A stretch of 32,768 bases of DNA from assembly GCA_016182055.1 (NCBI GenBank), contig JACOYD010000003.1:1-32768 (forward strand), read 5' to 3'. This DNA comes from Candidatus Microgenomates bacterium (GTDB lineage: Bacteria; Patescibacteriota; Microgenomatia; Levybacterales; JACOYD01). Within the stretch, counting starts at the first letter, position 1, and the number at the start of each line of letters is the position of its first letter. Below, in pieces: positions 1 to 9,387 of the stretch. The position numbers were made by a program, and so were the translations under genes. The notes beneath the pieces are model-generated. The model was not told the origin of the DNA. It saw only the letters and a list, made by a program, of their open reading frames with translations, and ran no database searches.

Positions 1-1113
1 TTGTACTCTTACGGGCATGATTATGTGGAGATAGGAATTGTCACCGGGGATTTTGAAAACGCCCGGGTTTAATGGTCCGGTCATTTCAAAACTAATTTCT
101 TTTGTGTCCACATTAGCTAGAAAATCAAGCAAAAACCTGCTGTTGAAGGCTATCTCGTTTTCCTCTCCTTTAAGATTCCCCTCAATTTCACAGCGGTTTT
201 CTCCCACTTGCGGGGCGTTGGCAGAAAGCGTGATGCCTTTCCGGGAGAGAGTTAGCTTGATAATATTTGCCCCTTCTCTGGCAAAAACACTGGATAGCCT
301 GACAGCAGAAAGAAACTCGTCTTTATCAAAAATTGCCTGGGTGCTATTGCTTTGGGGGATTATTTTTTCAAAGGCCGGGTATTCTCCTTCAATAAGACGG
401 GTGAAAAACTTTATCCCGGGAAGAGAAAAAATCGCCTGGTTTTTTGCTCCTCCTATTGACAAAATGCCTTCTGTTTCCCCGTTCTGTTTTTCTCTCTCTT
501 TGGCTATTTTGGCGATTTCCCCCAGTATTCTGGCGGGGATGATTAAATTCTGCAGTTCTTGGGTTTTTGTTTTTTCCGCAATCTTCTTAAGCGACAGTCT
601 GTAACCATCGGTAGCAACAATTAGCATGCCCTCTTCGGTAAAGCGGATTAAGATGCCGGTTAAAACAGCCCGCGACTCATCGCTGGAAGAGGCAAAAACT
701 ACTGTTTTTATGTTTCTTAAAATACTGTCTATGGCGACTTTTTGCTCTCCTTTTTCTTCCTGCGGTTCGGGAAATTCCGACGGGGAAATACCGTTTATTT
801 TAGCTTTATGTTTACTGCTTCTAATTTCAGCTGAAAGACCTTCTGTTTCTATAACTACTTGTTCTTTTGGTAAAGCCGCCACCACTTCTGTTAACGTTTT
901 TGTTGGTAAAAGAATTCCCCCTTCTTTTTCCACCTTTCCTTCTATTGTTATTCGTGTAGTGTTTTCTAAATCTGTGGCTGTTATTTCAATTTCTCCATTT
1001 TTTGTTTTTATAAGCGCGTTGGTGGTAATAGGTAGTTGGGTTTTAAGATTCGCCGTTCTGTTTATAAGAGAGAGCGCTTTTTCTAAATTTTCCTGTAGTA
1101 AAATTAATTTCAT
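1..1113 (-). CDS. dnaN: DNA polymerase III beta sliding clamp (last codons beyond window edge)
   Basis: Not in the ORF track because it has no stop in the window. ATG at 1113 reads MKLILLQENLEKALSLINRTANLKTQLPITTN...ITATDLE; internal ATDGYRLS; ends YLHIIMPVRVQ at base 1. Directly downstream of dnaA. Confidence 0.96.
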   Translation of the reverse strand, partial: MKLILLQENLEKALSLINRTANLKTQLPITTNALIKTKNGEIEITATDLENTTRITIEGKVEKEGGILLPTKTLTEVVAALPKEQVVIETEGLSAEIRSSKHKAKINGISPSEFPEPQEEKGEQKVAIDSILRNIKTVVFASSSDESRAVLTGILIRFTEEGMLIVATDGYRLSLKKIAEKTKTQELQNLIIPARILGEIAKIAKEREKQNGETEGILSIGGAKNQAIFSLPGIKFFTRLIEGEYPAFEKIIPQSNSTQAIFDKDEFLSAVRLSSVFAREGANIIKLTLSRKGITLSANAPQVGENRCEIEGNLKGEENEIAFNSRFLLDFLANVDTKEISFEMTGPLNPGVFKIPGDNSYLHIIMPVRVQ

Positions 1114-1290
1114 AATATTTATTTAATAATAATAGTGTTAGTAGTAGTATTGTGTATAAGTTGAAAAGAAAATAACTTGTTAAAAACGGCAGAAAAGGAA
1201 GAGAAAAACAAAGGAAAGAAAATTGTGAACAAACCGTTGATAAAAAACCACGAAAAATGTTGATTGTTGATAAAAGATAAGTTATCCATA
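1114..1290. other. Replication origin oriC (DnaA boxes, DnaA-trios, AT-rich unwinding element)
   Basis: Minus strand reads TTATACACA (1159-1151), then ATACTACTACTAACACTATTATTATTAAATAAATATT. Further degenerate boxes: TTGTTCACA (1232-1224), TTATCAACA (1273-1265), TTATCCATA (1282-1290). Lies in the dnaA-dnaN gap. Confidence 0.85.
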
Positions 1291-2652
1291 AATAAGTTTT
1301 TTTATCCCCAAGATATCCCCACGCAGTTTCTCATCCGCCGGTACCAAAGAGGATATTTTTCCCACAGCATGCATTACCGTGGTGTGGTCTCTTCCCCCAA
1401 TTAAATCACCCACCTCTGTTAGAGAAGTACCAAGCTCTATGCGAAGGAGATACATGAGAATCTGCCGCGGCAAGACAATACTTTGATCTCTCTTTTTCCC
1501 TTTTACCTGTGTTGATTTTACCCCAAAATAAGAGCAGACAGCCTCCATAAAAGCGTCTTTAGCTGGCGGTTTTGACAAACTACTGTTTGCCTCCTTGTTC
1601 TGTCCATGATATCTTTTCCCCAAAAGCCTCACGATTAACTCCTCGGAAAGTTGGGAATTTTTCATTGCCAACTCGCTTAAAATACGCGTCAACATTCCCT
1701 CCAGACCGCGGGTATCATCAATACTGGCGGCTATTAGTTTAGCAAGCGGCAGGGGAAAATCAATACCCCTGTCTTTGGCTTTAATCAAAAAAATAGCGGT
1801 GCGCAGCTCAAAATCAGGGGGAGCAATGTCTACCAGCAGTCCCCCTTCCAGACGGGATTTAAGCCGCGCTTCCAGCTTGAGAATTTCGGCAGGCGGCTTA
1901 TCGCTGGTTAAGACAATCTGGCCGCCCGCTTTTAATACGGCATTGAAGGTATGAAAAAACTCTTCCTGCACGGCGTCTTTACCGGCGATAAACTGCACGT
2001 CGTCTATACAGAGAAGCTCTGCTTTTCTAAATTTATGGCGAAAGGAAGGAGTAGATTTAGTGCGAATTGCCTCAATAATTTCGTTGGTAAATTCTTCTCC
2101 TGCGCATAAAACCAAACGGGCGGAACCCCTCGTTTCCATAATTTTATTTGCCGCCGCCTGCATTAAATGGGTTTTCCCTACGCCCACTCCGCCGTAAATA
2201 AAAAGCGGGTTATAGGAATTTCCCGGGTTTTTAGCTACGTGCGATGCGGCCGCAAAGGCCAGCTGGTTGGTGGTGGAAACGGCGAATTTTTCAAAAGTGT
2301 AGTCGGGAAAAAGTCCATGCCTTTTGGCAAAAGAAGAAATATTATCAGCAATTTGAAAAAGAGGTCCGGCATCAGCCAGTGATTTTTGTCCGTTGGTCTT
2401 TTTAAGACTTGCATCAACAGTAAAAATAACACTGACGTTTTGGCCGGTATGTTTATCAAGAACGGTTTTAATCAGGGCATAGTAACGGGTTTCAATAAGC
2501 TGGGCAATTACCGCAGTCATGCAGGCGATAGTTACCACCCCGCCGGAAATATCGGACAGACGAGTGTGTTTAAATAGAGTACTAAATACTGCCGAGGATA
2601 CTTCCAGCTGAAGTTCGGCCAGTACTTTTTTCCAAAAAGTTTGGTCAGTCAT
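1282..2652 (-). CDS. dnaA: Chromosomal replication initiator DnaA
   Basis: YNPLFIYGGVGVGKTHL Walker A, IDDVQF Walker B, QEEFFHTFN, GGRDHTTVMHA domain IV. Start placed at ATG 2652 (MTDQTFWKK). Confidence 0.98.
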   Translation of the reverse strand: MTDQTFWKKVLAELQLEVSSAVFSTLFKHTRLSDISGGVVTIACMTAVIAQLIETRYYALIKTVLDKHTGQNVSVIFTVDASLKKTNGQKSLADAGPLFQIADNISSFAKRHGLFPDYTFEKFAVSTTNQLAFAAASHVAKNPGNSYNPLFIYGGVGVGKTHLMQAAANKIMETRGSARLVLCAGEEFTNEIIEAIRTKSTPSFRHKFRKAELLCIDDVQFIAGKDAVQEEFFHTFNAVLKAGGQIVLTSDKPPAEILKLEARLKSRLEGGLLVDIAPPDFELRTAIFLIKAKDRGIDFPLPLAKLIAASIDDTRGLEGMLTRILSELAMKNSQLSEELIVRLLGKRYHGQNKEANSSLSKPPAKDAFMEAVCSYFGVKSTQVKGKKRDQSIVLPRQILMYLLRIELGTSLTEVGDLIGGRDHTTVMHAVGKISSLVPADEKLRGDILGIKKLIYG

Positions 2653-2677
2653 ATATGTTTTAAAATTTAGCCGAGTA

Positions 2678-2706
2678 ATCTTAAGAGAGTTATCCACAAT
2701 TGTCAA
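2678..2706 (-). promoter_or_regulatory. dnaA sigma70 promoter with a perfect DnaA box in the spacer
   Basis: Minus strand TTGACA (2706-2701), N17, TAAGAT (2683-2678); TTATCCACA at 2690-2698 on the plus strand. Confidence 0.75.
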
Positions 2707-2754
2707 GATGACAAACTGTAGCAAATGCGGTCTTGTTTGTGATATACTTAAAAA

Positions 2755-2889
2755 ATGGAGCGTTTAACAAAACCAAATCCTCTCAAAAGAAAAAGAAGGC
2801 ATGGGTTTTTAACCAGAAAAAAAACTCGTCAGGGAAGAGCGGTTCTTAAGAGAAGAAGACAAAAAGGGCGAAAAAGAGTGAATGTGTAA
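2755..2889 (+). CDS. rpmH: 50S ribosomal protein L34
   Basis: Below the ORF-track cutoff. MERLTKPNPLKRKRRHGFLTRKKTRQGRAVLKRRRQKGRKRVNV (44 aa) with HGF and RRR.KGR motifs; divergent from dnaA and upstream of rnpA. Confidence 0.96.
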   Translation: MERLTKPNPLKRKRRHGFLTRKKTRQGRAVLKRRRQKGRKRVNV

Positions 2890-3246
2890 ATGGCGCTACC
2901 TAAGAAATTAAGTCTTACTATAAACAGAGAGGTTTTCTGGCGTTTGAAAAGAGAAGGTAAGGTTATCCAAACACCTCTTCTTTCTGCCAAATACTATTTG
3001 AGAAAAACTGGCGCAGAGAGTCGGGCCAGCGTGGTTATTGGCACGGCCATGGACAAACGGGCAACTGTCCGAAACCGCTTAAAGCGATTAATTCACCAGG
3101 CGCTAATCTTGTTCTTGCCTAAACGAACAGGAATTGATATGATTATTTATCCGAAGAAAGGGATTATAGAGGCAGACAGAGAAATGGTTAAAAGAGAAGT
3201 AGGGTTCTTGTTAAAAAAGGCCTCGGGCAACGACTTAAGTTTATGA
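2890..3246 (+). CDS. rnpA: Ribonuclease P protein component
   Basis: RNR motif [11 protein letters not shown]; canonical synteny. Confidence 0.92.
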   Translation: MALPKKLSLTINREVFWRLKREGKVIQTPLLSAKYYLRKTGAESRASVVIGTAMDKRATVRNRLKRLIHQALILFLPKRTGIDMIIYPKKGIIEADREMVKREVGFLLKKASGNDLSL

Positions 3247-3455
3247 AGCATATTGCAATTTTTATTATTTCCTTTTATCAGGCCCTTTTTCCATTCAGAG
3301 GCCACTGCCGTTTTTATCCTACCTGTTCCAGTTATGCCAAAAAAGCCATAGAGCGCTACGGGGTTTTTAGAGGACTCACCATGGGAATTGTCAGAATTCT
3401 TCGCTGTAATCCTTTCTTTGGTTTTGGAGCCGACTTGGCAGGAGTGAAAAAGTAA
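3243..3455 (+). CDS. yidD: Membrane protein insertion efficiency factor YidD
   Basis: [11 protein letters not shown]...RILRCNPF motif. Confidence 0.95.
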   Translation: MKHIAIFIISFYQALFPFRGHCRFYPTCSSYAKKAIERYGVFRGLTMGIVRILRCNPFFGFGADLAGVKK

Positions 3456-3456
3456 C

Positions 3457-4266
3457 ATGGATATAACAGTTTTATGGAATGAAGTTTTTATCCGGCCGAT
3501 TATCAATGTTTTAATCATTTTGTATAAAGCGTTTTCCGGTATTGGTTTGCCGGGCAGTCTGGGTTTTGCCATCATCGCCCTAACCGTACTTATTCGTTTT
3601 TTGCTCTACCCCTTTACAGCGGCGCAAATGAAATCGGCTCAAAAAATGCAGCTGCTTAAACCCCACATGGATCAGATTAAAGAAAGACATAAAGGCGATG
3701 CCAGAAAACAACAGGAAGAAATGGCCAGGCTTTACAAAGAGCATGGCGTTAACCCGGCCGCCGGTTGTTTGCCCCTGCTTATCCAAATGCCTATTTTTAT
3801 AGCTCTTTATAACGTGTTGCTTAAAGTTGTTTCCAACGGTAATCCGGCGGAAATAGTCAATAATATCAATAAACTAATTTATTTTCCCGCCTTTACCCTG
3901 GATAAGCCCTGGGACCCGTATTTTTTTGGCGTAAATCTGGCGGCAACTCCTGCCAACTGGCAAAGCGCCGGGGGTTTTCTTTTGGCCATACCCGTGATTA
4001 CCGCCGCTTTGCAGTTTTTGCAGACAAAAACCATGAATATTGCCCCAGTAAAACCAAAACAGGAAATAGTTAAAAAGAATGGCCAGAAAAAAGAAGATGA
4101 TTTTTCCAGTATTATGCAAAAGCAAATGCTTTATTTTTTCCCGCTGATAATTGGATTTTTCTCCTATGGGTTCCCCGTGGGGCTCTCTTTGTATTGGAAC
4201 GTGTTTTCCGTGTTTGGTATAATACAGCAGTCTCTTATTAATAAACAAAACAAACAGCATAAATAA
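3457..4266 (+). CDS. yidC: Membrane protein insertase YidC/Oxa1 (short form)
   Basis: IIALTVLIRFLLYPF, LYKEHGVNPAAGCLPLLIQMPIFIALY, GLSLYW. Confidence 0.95.
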   Translation: MDITVLWNEVFIRPIINVLIILYKAFSGIGLPGSLGFAIIALTVLIRFLLYPFTAAQMKSAQKMQLLKPHMDQIKERHKGDARKQQEEMARLYKEHGVNPAAGCLPLLIQMPIFIALYNVLLKVVSNGNPAEIVNNINKLIYFPAFTLDKPWDPYFFGVNLAATPANWQSAGGFLLAIPVITAALQFLQTKTMNIAPVKPKQEIVKKNGQKKEDDFSSIMQKQMLYFFPLIIGFFSYGFPVGLSLYWNVFSVFGIIQQSLINKQNKQHK

Positions 4267-4267
4267 C

Positions 4268-4738
4268 ATGAACGAACTGGAAATAATTAAAAGCGAGGTA
4301 GATACTCTTCTTGAAAAACTGGCAGTTGAAGCCAGCGCACAGGTGACACAAAAAGATGAGTTTTTTCAAGTAGCTATTCAAATGGAGGGGGCAGACGCAT
4401 CTTCCACCGAAGCCGGCATTCTCATTGGCTATCATGGCGAAACTCTGTCTGCTCTTCAGCTTATTTTGTCTTTGATAATAAGCAAAAAACTGGGACGGTT
4501 TGTGCGGCTGATTGTCAATGTGGGAGACTATCGGGAGAAGCGGGAAGAAAAACTTAAGGAAATGGCGCTGGAGGCGGCTCGCAGAGCTAAAGAAACCAAG
4601 CAGGAAGTGATTTTGGGAAACTTAAGTCCCTGGCAGAGGCGGATTATTCACATAGCTCTTGCCGATGATAGCGATATCCAAACAGAGTCGCAGGGAGAAG
4701 AGCCCGATCGACAGCTTATCATCAAACCGCGCAAGTAA
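4268..4738 (+). CDS. jag: Jag/EloR-like KH plus R3H RNA-binding protein (no Jag N-terminal domain)
   Basis: LIGYHGETLSALQ (KH), RRIIHIAL...TESQGEEPDR (R3H); follows yidC. Confidence 0.88.
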   Translation: MNELEIIKSEVDTLLEKLAVEASAQVTQKDEFFQVAIQMEGADASSTEAGILIGYHGETLSALQLILSLIISKKLGRFVRLIVNVGDYREKREEKLKEMALEAARRAKETKQEVILGNLSPWQRRIIHIALADDSDIQTESQGEEPDRQLIIKPRK

Positions 4739-6065
4739 GTTTTGGCGGGTTCTTCTTTTTTGCACCATTTTTCTCCTGCCGCTGCAGACCGGAAAACATT
4801 TCTGGCCAGCTTTTAGTTTTGTTGAGGGAATTCGCATTGACTACCTCTCCCCCACCATTTATATAACAGACGTATTGATTGTTCTATTGTTCTTTGTTTG
4901 GCTCTCTCAATTTTTAATTTCTAATTTTCAATTTTCAATAAAAATTGTGCGCTTGCGCAGAATTTCTATGAACATACAAATTTTAAATTTTAAATTTCAA
5001 ATTATTGCATTGGTAGTATTGGCCACGCTAAGCGTGGTTGGCAGTATCTTACTCTCTCTTTCCCCCGCCGCCGGATTTTATAAACTTATTAAAATTGTCG
5101 AATTAACTTTCTTTGGTTTTATAATTGCCAAAAACATTAATACCAAAAAAGACTTTATTGTTGTTGCGTCTTTGTTTGCGGCGGGCATTATTTTTGAATC
5201 GTTTCTGGCCATCTGGCAATTTATTAATCAGTCATCAATTGGCGGGATATTTTGGTTTTTTGGCGAGAGAACATTTTCCGGACAAACAGTGGGAATTGCC
5301 AACGCCAATATCGACGGGCAGTTAATTCTTCGCCCGTATGGCACATTCCCCCACCCCAATGTATTGGCGGGATACCTGACCATTGCTCTGGCAATGGTAA
5401 TTTCCAATTTCCAATTTCCAATTTCCAATTTCAAAAAAGCGCTATTTATTGCCGTGTTAACTATTGGAACGGTTGCTTTATTTTTAACATTAAGCCGGGT
5501 GGCAATTATTGTATGGGTAGCAGTTATGGGTTTATGGTTTTTAATAAACCTCAGAAAATTTTTGTTTATTGGATTATTGGTAGTATTGGTATTTATTGGT
5601 AGTATTATTTTCTCTCCTCTTTCCTCCCGCTTCATGTCGCTGGCAACTGTTGATAAAGAATCGTTTATTCTTCGCCAGCAACTCAATAACTCGGCCATAG
5701 AAATGTTTAAACAATCTCCTGTTTGGGGAGTGGGACTTAATAATTTTTTGATGAATCTCCCCCGTTATCAAAAACCCCAAGCCGGACCGTTATGGCTACA
5801 GCCGGTACACAACATCTTTCTTCTTGTTGCAGCCGAAACAGGACTTATTGGGTTGTTGTTTTTTGCGTGGTTTATTTCGCGGACTGTAATAAAATTAAGA
5901 AAGAAGAAAGAATTTCAAATTTCAAATTTCAAATTTCAAATTTTGATAATAATTTTTGTTCTTGGTTTGTTTGATCATTATTTTTGGACATTGCAGCAGG
6001 GACAGCTTTTACTGGCTTTAGTTTTCGGTCTTTGTTGGTCAAAAAAGGTGCAGGAGACGGGATAA
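4665..6065 (+). CDS. O-antigen ligase/Wzy_C-like polytopic membrane protein
   Basis: Many TM segments, RPYGTFPHPNVLAGY, LTLSR, WGVGLNNF, QPVHNIFLLVAAETG. Start uncertain: the only upstream in-frame ATG (4665) overlaps jag. Confidence 0.8.
   Translation: MIAISKQSRREKSPIDSLSSNRASKFWRVLLFCTIFLLPLQTGKHFWPAFSFVEGIRIDYLSPTIYITDVLIVLLFFVWLSQFLISNFQFSIKIVRLRRISMNIQILNFKFQIIALVVLATLSVVGSILLSLSPAAGFYKLIKIVELTFFGFIIAKNINTKKDFIVVASLFAAGIIFESFLAIWQFINQSSIGGIFWFFGERTFSGQTVGIANANIDGQLILRPYGTFPHPNVLAGYLTIALAMVISNFQFPISNFKKALFIAVLTIGTVALFLTLSRVAIIVWVAVMGLWFLINLRKFLFIGLLVVLVFIGSIIFSPLSSRFMSLATVDKESFILRQQLNNSAIEMFKQSPVWGVGLNNFLMNLPRYQKPQAGPLWLQPVHNIFLLVAAETGLIGLLFFAWFISRTVIKLRKKKEFQISNFKFQILIIIFVLGLFDHYFWTLQQGQLLLALVFGLCWSKKVQETG
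4908..5003 (+). repeat. Two 7-bp tandem arrays flanking a small GC hairpin, in frame in the ligase gene
   Basis: caatttt taatttc taatttt caatttt caat ... tgcgcttgcgca ... caaattt taaattt taaattt caaatt (QFLISNFQFSI...QILNFKFQI). Confidence 0.8.
5398..5432 (+). repeat. 7-bp tandem array x5 (CAATTTC) in CDS
   Basis: taatttc (caatttc)x4, encoding ISNFQFPISNF. Confidence 0.92.
5910..5944 (+). repeat. 7-bp tandem array x5 (AAATTTC) in CDS
   Basis: gaatttc (aaatttc)x3 aaatttt, encoding EFQISNFKFQI. Confidence 0.92.
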
Positions 6066-6131
6066 AACAATTTGGCAAATTTTGCCGGTATTTATTTTTC
6101 CATCCACTTCGGTTGTGATATACTTTTGTTT

Positions 6132-6530
6132 GTGGTACTTAATGTTTTTTGTGATGGGGGAGCCAGAGGAAATCCGGGACCGGCGGCAATCGGCGTAGTT
6201 ATTAAAAACGGAGAGGGAAGCTTGCTTCACAAGTTCGGTAAAAAAATTGGCGCCACTACCAATAATGTGGCGGAGTACACTGCCGTTACCGAGGCGCTTT
6301 CCTGGATAGCTCAAAATAATAAACCTGTAAAGATCCATTTTTATCTTGATTCACAATTGGTCGTTTCCCAATTAAATGGTTTGTTTAAGGTCAAAGACGG
6401 AAAACTTAAAATGCTGGTGATGAAAGTTCGTCAGAAAGAAGCCCAGGTCGGCGGAAACGTTTCCTACGAGCATATTCCCCGGGAAAAGAATATCGAAGCA
6501 GACAGCCTTGTTAATGTGGCGTTGGGGTGA
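6132..6530 (+). CDS. rnhA: Ribonuclease HI (archaeal-like/Ty3-type family)
   Basis: FCDGGARGNPG, TNNVAEY, LDSQLVV, HIPREKNIEADSL. Start at GTG 6132, 7 nt after TATACT. Confidence 0.9.
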   Translation: MVLNVFCDGGARGNPGPAAIGVVIKNGEGSLLHKFGKKIGATTNNVAEYTAVTEALSWIAQNNKPVKIHFYLDSQLVVSQLNGLFKVKDGKLKMLVMKVRQKEAQVGGNVSYEHIPREKNIEADSLVNVALG

Positions 6531-6544
6531 TAAAATAATTTTTA

Positions 6545-9364
6545 ATGCCCAAACGATTACTGCCTCTTCATTTAGTTAATTCGATAAAAGGAGAAAGTAT
6601 TGCCCTAGTTGCCGGGGGAGCCGGTTTTATCGGTTCAAAATTGTGTGAAGAACTTCTGAAAACCTGTCAGGTGATTTGCCTTGACAATCTTCGTTTTGGT
6701 AAAAGAGAAAATATTAAACACAGTCTTACCAACCCCAGGTTTACTTTTATTGAACATGATATCACCAAACCCATTGGCGATTTACTGCGCAGAAAAGTTC
6801 ACTACATTTTTCATGCGGCCGGAGTTGATGATGGGCAGAGAGAAGAAAAAGCGTCGTTAGAAAATCTCTTACTCAACAGCAACGGTACGAAAAATCTTTT
6901 GGAAAAAGCACTGTCTGATGGCGCAAAATTTCTACTGGTGTCAACGTTGAAAATGGAAAAAAATGAGGAAGAGGCAATTGATGGGGCAGGGGCAAGATTA
7001 TTTTCCGAAAGCATCACGGCAGAGTATATAAAAAAATTTGGAGTCAATGGCAGAATTATTCGGTTGGGACATCTGTTTGGTCCGCGCATGCCGCTTAACA
7101 CAAAAAACCCTCTGGCCGTGATTATTAAAAACTTAGTAACCCAAGAAAAGGTAGAGTTGGCAAATGACGAAATGACCAGACTTTATCCCGTTTTTGTAGA
7201 CGACTGCATAAGCCCAATATTAAAAGTCATGTTTGATGCGGGAACAGCAGGTAAAATATTTAACCTTATTCCTTCCCGCTCTATCACACTTTTGGAACTG
7301 GCGCAGATTCTACAGGAGATAAACCCTAAGTTTTCTCTTGAATTTGGTGGCATTGGAGAAACTATCAAGCCTTTTTCCCGGGAACACTTTACGCAGGGAA
7401 CCACTCTTGCCCTTTCTTACAGAGAAGAATTTATTGATCAGCTAAAGGAAACACTGGCCTTTTTCCAAAAAAATGCCCTTTTTTCAAAACGGGAAAAACA
7501 GCCCCAGCCGGTGAAAAAAAACGAGACGTTTCCCCTAAGATTTACCATCACGGTTTTTCTAATAGCCCTGTTATTTTTTAGTATCATTTTGCCATCTTTC
7601 CTAATGGCAGCAGCTGGAGCTGTTGGCATTTTTCAGTTAAATAAGGCATACGGTCAAGCAAAAAATGGTCAATTTACGGACGCGGTTAAAAGTGCTTCTT
7701 TTGGACAACAAGCTTTTGGCGCTGGTAAAAATGCCCTGCCTTTTCTTTCCTGGCAATTTTCTATTTTGGGAAAAGAAAGCGCCAGAGATAGCATATTTCT
7801 CCTTTTTAAATCAGGTGAAGATGCCAGTTTATCTATTTTAAATCTATCACAGGCCAGCGTTTCTTTAGGTGAATTTTTTCAGAAAAGTGTTTCCGGCAAT
7901 GCACACCTGGCCAAACCTGTTTTTGATAAAGCCCAGGGTGAGTTTAATGCCGCGGCTGAGAAAATTTCAATTCTGGAGAAAGAGCTTAAAATGCTGACGG
8001 AGTCATCTTTGCCTGCGCCAGTTGCCGTATATCTTAATAGTAAAAAAGAAATACTTACAAAGCAGAGAGAAGCAATATCGCTTGGTCAAACATTCATTGC
8101 TCTGCTGCCGGATCTTTTGGGCTTTGATGATAAACGGGTTTATCTAGTTCTTTTTCAAAATAATATGGAGCTTAGAGCAACCGGAGGTTTTATAGGTTCA
8201 TATGGCATTGTGACATTTGAAAAAGGCAGTCTTATTTCTTTTGATGTGTCCGATGTGTATGCAGCCGACGGACAATTGCGCGGTCATGTTGAGCCGCCAC
8301 TACCAATTCGTAAATACCTGGAGCAGCCCAACTGGTTTTTGAGGGATAGCAATTGGGATGTTGATTTTCAAAACTCTGCCGCGCAGGCCAGCTTTTTTCT
8401 GCAAAAAGAGGTCGGTATTTCCGTATCTGGAGTTATGGCGATGGATGTGACATTTACCCAGTTTTTGCTGCAAAGCTTGGGTTCAGTTTCCCTTCCTGAC
8501 TATAAAGAAACAATTACTGCTGAAAATTTATTTGCTTCGGCCCAAGCCCATGCCCAGGATAATTTTTTTCCCGGCTCCACTCAAAAAAAAGATTTCTTAT
8601 CTGCCCTTTCCCGCCGTCTTATTGATAAGCTTCTTTATGAGAAAAATACTCCCTGGTTGTCTGTGTTTGAAGCGGTGCAAAAGGGAGCAGTGCAAAAGCA
8701 TCTGTTGTTTTCCTTCAACAATGAGGCGGTGCAGAAAGTTTTCAACTTAAATAACTGGGGGGGAAGAGTTTTGACGGCTGATGAAAAAGAGGGCCGTTTT
8801 AACGATTTCCGCATGCTTAATGAAGCAAACCTGGGCGTTAACAAAGTTAATTTTTGGGTTAAACGCAAAATTACAGACGAAATAACAATTGACAAAGACG
8901 GGCTAGTCAGCGGCAAGTTATCAATATTTTTAACCAACGATAGTTCCGGAGAATTGCCCGGCGGCTCCTACATCAGTTATCTGCGGGCATTTTTCCCCAA
9001 AAACACGCAAATTACCAAAATAACAATTGACCAAGAAGAGCAGAAAGAAATTGATGAAACCACAGAGTCCGGCAAAAGCGTCTTTGGCTTCTTGGCAAAT
9101 ATTGCGCCCAGGAGCACCAAAGTAATTGCCATTAACTACAGTTTGTCTGCGCTCTTTCCTCAAGTGACAGGAAGCAGTACCTATGCCCTCATTTTTCAAA
9201 AACAGCCGGGAACAAATGAGGACTCTTTAACAGTGACAATAAATTACCCGCAGGAGCTTAGCATTAAAGAGACCAACGCCAGCGTCTTTAAAGAAAAGCA
9301 AATGATTACGCTTTCCACAGATCTGGGCGAAGACAGATTATTTACTGTTGAATTTTTACGCTGA
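6545..9364 (+). CDS. Fusion of an NAD-dependent epimerase-like (SDR) domain, a TM region and a DUF4012-like extracellular domain
   Basis: N-terminal LVAGGAGFIGS..CLDNL; hydrophobic stretch at about aa 330-365; YLVLFQNNMELRATGGFIGSYG, LRDSNWDVDF, NEANLGVNK, FQKQPG typical of DUF4012 proteins. Confidence 0.75.
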   Translation: MPKRLLPLHLVNSIKGESIALVAGGAGFIGSKLCEELLKTCQVICLDNLRFGKRENIKHSLTNPRFTFIEHDITKPIGDLLRRKVHYIFHAAGVDDGQREEKASLENLLLNSNGTKNLLEKALSDGAKFLLVSTLKMEKNEEEAIDGAGARLFSESITAEYIKKFGVNGRIIRLGHLFGPRMPLNTKNPLAVIIKNLVTQEKVELANDEMTRLYPVFVDDCISPILKVMFDAGTAGKIFNLIPSRSITLLELAQILQEINPKFSLEFGGIGETIKPFSREHFTQGTTLALSYREEFIDQLKETLAFFQKNALFSKREKQPQPVKKNETFPLRFTITVFLIALLFFSIILPSFLMAAAGAVGIFQLNKAYGQAKNGQFTDAVKSASFGQQAFGAGKNALPFLSWQFSILGKESARDSIFLLFKSGEDASLSILNLSQASVSLGEFFQKSVSGNAHLAKPVFDKAQGEFNAAAEKISILEKELKMLTESSLPAPVAVYLNSKKEILTKQREAISLGQTFIALLPDLLGFDDKRVYLVLFQNNMELRATGGFIGSYGIVTFEKGSLISFDVSDVYAADGQLRGHVEPPLPIRKYLEQPNWFLRDSNWDVDFQNSAAQASFFLQKEVGISVSGVMAMDVTFTQFLLQSLGSVSLPDYKETITAENLFASAQAHAQDNFFPGSTQKKDFLSALSRRLIDKLLYEKNTPWLSVFEAVQKGAVQKHLLFSFNNEAVQKVFNLNNWGGRVLTADEKEGRFNDFRMLNEANLGVNKVNFWVKRKITDEITIDKDGLVSGKLSIFLTNDSSGELPGGSYISYLRAFFPKNTQITKITIDQEEQKEIDETTESGKSVFGFLANIAPRSTKVIAINYSLSALFPQVTGSSTYALIFQKQPGTNEDSLTVTINYPQELSIKETNASVFKEKQMITLSTDLGEDRLFTVEFLR

Positions 9365-9387
9365 ATAAGGTATACTTCGTATCTTGT

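Noticed and set aside
38..1126. Plus-strand ORFs 38-604 and 626-1126
   Set aside because: Antisense shadows of dnaN, which occupies the minus strand.
4659..4740. Long jag/ligase overlap as a dual-coding feature
   Set aside because: The true ligase start is uncertain; the overlap may just reflect start-codon choice.
5398..5944. CRISPR array or DGR interpretation of the repeats
   Set aside because: No repeat-spacer structure, cas genes, reverse transcriptase or TR/VR pair is visible in the window.
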